DNA of 17,762 bases. It comes from Candidatus Methylomirabilia bacterium. Its GTDB lineage: Bacteria > Methylomirabilota > Methylomirabilia > Rokubacteriales > CSP1-6. The translations under genes and the position numbers were made by a program. The stretch spans positions 1 through 17,762 of the forward strand of contig JBHIBG010000054.1 in the NCBI GenBank assembly GCA_046758965.1, in the 5' to 3' direction. The notes under the pieces were generated by a model. It did not search any database and was not told where the DNA came from. It saw only the letters and a program-made list of their open reading frames with translations. This document shows positions 16,303 to 17,762 of this stretch, one piece after another (within the stretch, counting starts at the first letter, position 1; each line of letters begins with the position of its first letter).

Positions 16303-17538
16303 TTAATCCACGACGGTGATCTGCTCGACCGGAAAGTTGGAGATGATCTCGATCCCGTTGTCGTTGACGATGAGCATCTCCTCGATCCGCACGCCCCACT
16401 CGTACTTCTTCCCGTGCTGGGTCTCCAGGGCGAAGACCATGCCCGGGCGGATCTCGAGCGGGTGGTCGAGCGACCAGATGCGGGAGATGACCGGTTGGTC
16501 ATACTGGGCCAGACCCAGGCCATGCCCCCACAGGTTGGCCGCCGCTTGGTCTTCCTCCTCGTACCCCCAGGCCTCCTTCGCCGAGGGCCACTTGAGGGCG
16601 ATGTCCCGCGTGGTGGCGCCGGGCCTCACCGCGTGAATGGAGTCGTAGAGCCACTTGAGCGCGAGGGCGTAGTAGTCCTTCTGCTCCTGCGTCGGTTGCT
16701 TGCCCACGCAGTAGGTGCGGTAGTAGCACGACTTGTACCCATTCCAGGTCAGCGCCGCCAGGTCCATGAAGACGATCTCCCCCGGCTTGATGATCCGGTC
16801 GGAAAAGTTGCGCCAGTTGGGCCAGGTGTTGGGGCCGGAGGAGACGATGACGTCCTCCACGTCCTCCATGCCCGGGATGTCATAGAGATACTGCATGATG
16901 TGCGCGGTCACCTGGTTCTCGGTCAGGCCCGGCTTGAGGAACCGCATGGTCTCCCAGTGCGCGGCATCGCCGATCGCGCCCACGATGCGCAGGCACTCCT
17001 GCTCATCGGCGTTCTTGATCGCCCGCGCCTCCATCATCGGCGTCATCCCGTCGGCCCACTTGAGTTTGGCCTCGGTGAACGCGCTGAGCATGTTGATGTC
17101 GATGAAGTCCAGACCAAGCGGCTGGTCCATGACGCCGTACCGCCTCATCTCCCGGACGATGGCGTCGGTGAACTTCTTCACCTGCTGGCGCGAGGCGGCG
17201 CCGGCCGCACCCTTGATCCACGCGTAGGACCAACGGATGTTCTCCTGGGGGATCCACGGCGCGTGGCGCTGGATCTGAAAGCCGATGTCGCCCTGCTCGA
17301 ACAGGACCGGCTCGCCGTCGCCGCAGAGGAGCGCGTAGCGCAGGCCCGGCTTGAGGCGGTTCCAGCCCGGCGTCAGCGTGCTGGTCACGTAGCGGACGTT
17401 CTCATCGTACATCAGGAGAAGCGCCCCCAGGTTGTGAGCTTTCATCCGCTCACGCGCGCGGTTGAGCCGATACTTCCGGAGCCGATCCCAGTTGATCCGC
17501 TGTTGCCAGTCCACGCCGACGGTGCCGAAGTTTGCCAT
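16303..17538 (-). CDS. M24 (aminopeptidase P/creatinase/DddP fold) metalloenzyme with atypical ligands
   Basis: N-domain RLRKYRL...LLLMYDENVRYVT; EARAIKNADE; C-domain FMDL, YKSCYYRT, GHGLGL, PGMVFALET, GVRIEE. SD GAGGAGG upstream. Confidence 0.92.
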   Translation of the reverse strand: MANFGTVGVDWQQRINWDRLRKYRLNRARERMKAHNLGALLLMYDENVRYVTSTLTPGWNRLKPGLRYALLCGDGEPVLFEQGDIGFQIQRHAPWIPQENIRWSYAWIKGAAGAASRQQVKKFTDAIVREMRRYGVMDQPLGLDFIDINMLSAFTEAKLKWADGMTPMMEARAIKNADEQECLRIVGAIGDAAHWETMRFLKPGLTENQVTAHIMQYLYDIPGMEDVEDVIVSSGPNTWPNWRNFSDRIIKPGEIVFMDLAALTWNGYKSCYYRTYCVGKQPTQEQKDYYALALKWLYDSIHAVRPGATTRDIALKWPSAKEAWGYEEEDQAAANLWGHGLGLAQYDQPVISRIWSLDHPLEIRPGMVFALETQHGKKYEWGVRIEEMLIVNDNGIEIISNFPVEQITVVD

Positions 17539-17744
17539 CCTCGTTGCCTCCTCTGTCCTGCCGCGTCACCTGTCACACCACGGTCAACTCTTCGGGGAAC
17601 TGCCGGAACTGCTGCCAGCCGCTCCCGGTCACCACGTGGAATCAAATTAGTTATGCGTGTTGCCTACTGGCTCGAGGATCACCACCGCGGAGAGCCTTAT
17701 TGCCTACGGGCGACTCTGCTGGAGCACCTCGCGGTTGAGCAGGG

Positions 17745-17762
17745 AAAAGGGCGGCTCCGCCC
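17745..17762 (-). terminator. Possible intrinsic terminator of an upstream minus-strand gene (at the window edge)
   Basis: Minus strand GGGCG-gagc-CGCCC-TTTT. The stem may extend beyond the window. Confidence 0.5.

Noticed and set aside
16302..16523. N-terminal 74-aa extension of the PEP-synthase-like ORF in the track
   Set aside because: It overlaps the M24 gene in another frame and has Ser/Arg-rich shadow-frame composition. ATG 16301 fits better.
1..17762. CRISPR array, tRNA/rRNA, IS/transposase, integrase or defence genes
   Set aside because: No regularly spaced repeats, RNA gene signatures or such protein motifs were seen.

Overview
GC-rich bacterial window of mostly catabolic and housekeeping-type genes. 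No rRNA, tRNA, CRISPR array or mobile element is recognisable. Left end (minus strand): the 5' part of an ORF missing from the ORF track that looks like a RecA-fold/ImuA-like protein with a degenerate Walker A, a candidate promoter with a direct repeat, and a DUF72 gene. Next come an orphan xanthine-dehydrogenase-family (form II CoxL-like) molybdoenzyme large subunit, a divergent cysteine hydrolase, a minus-strand run of 2-hydroxyacid dehydrogenase, beta-hydroxyacid dehydrogenase and cyclase-family amidohydrolase, and a divergent CocE/NonD hydrolase. The right half is a probable operon: M24 metalloenzyme, compact PEP-synthase-like protein, then a five-gene Liv-type ABC importer. The most interesting signal is the first pair. 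The M24 enzyme has altered active-site residues (Asp ligand to Cys, His to Tyr) and lies 1 nt from a PEP-synthase-like protein that has ATP-grasp and phospho-His domains but no substrate-binding domain. Family calls come from motif recognition only; no searches were run.
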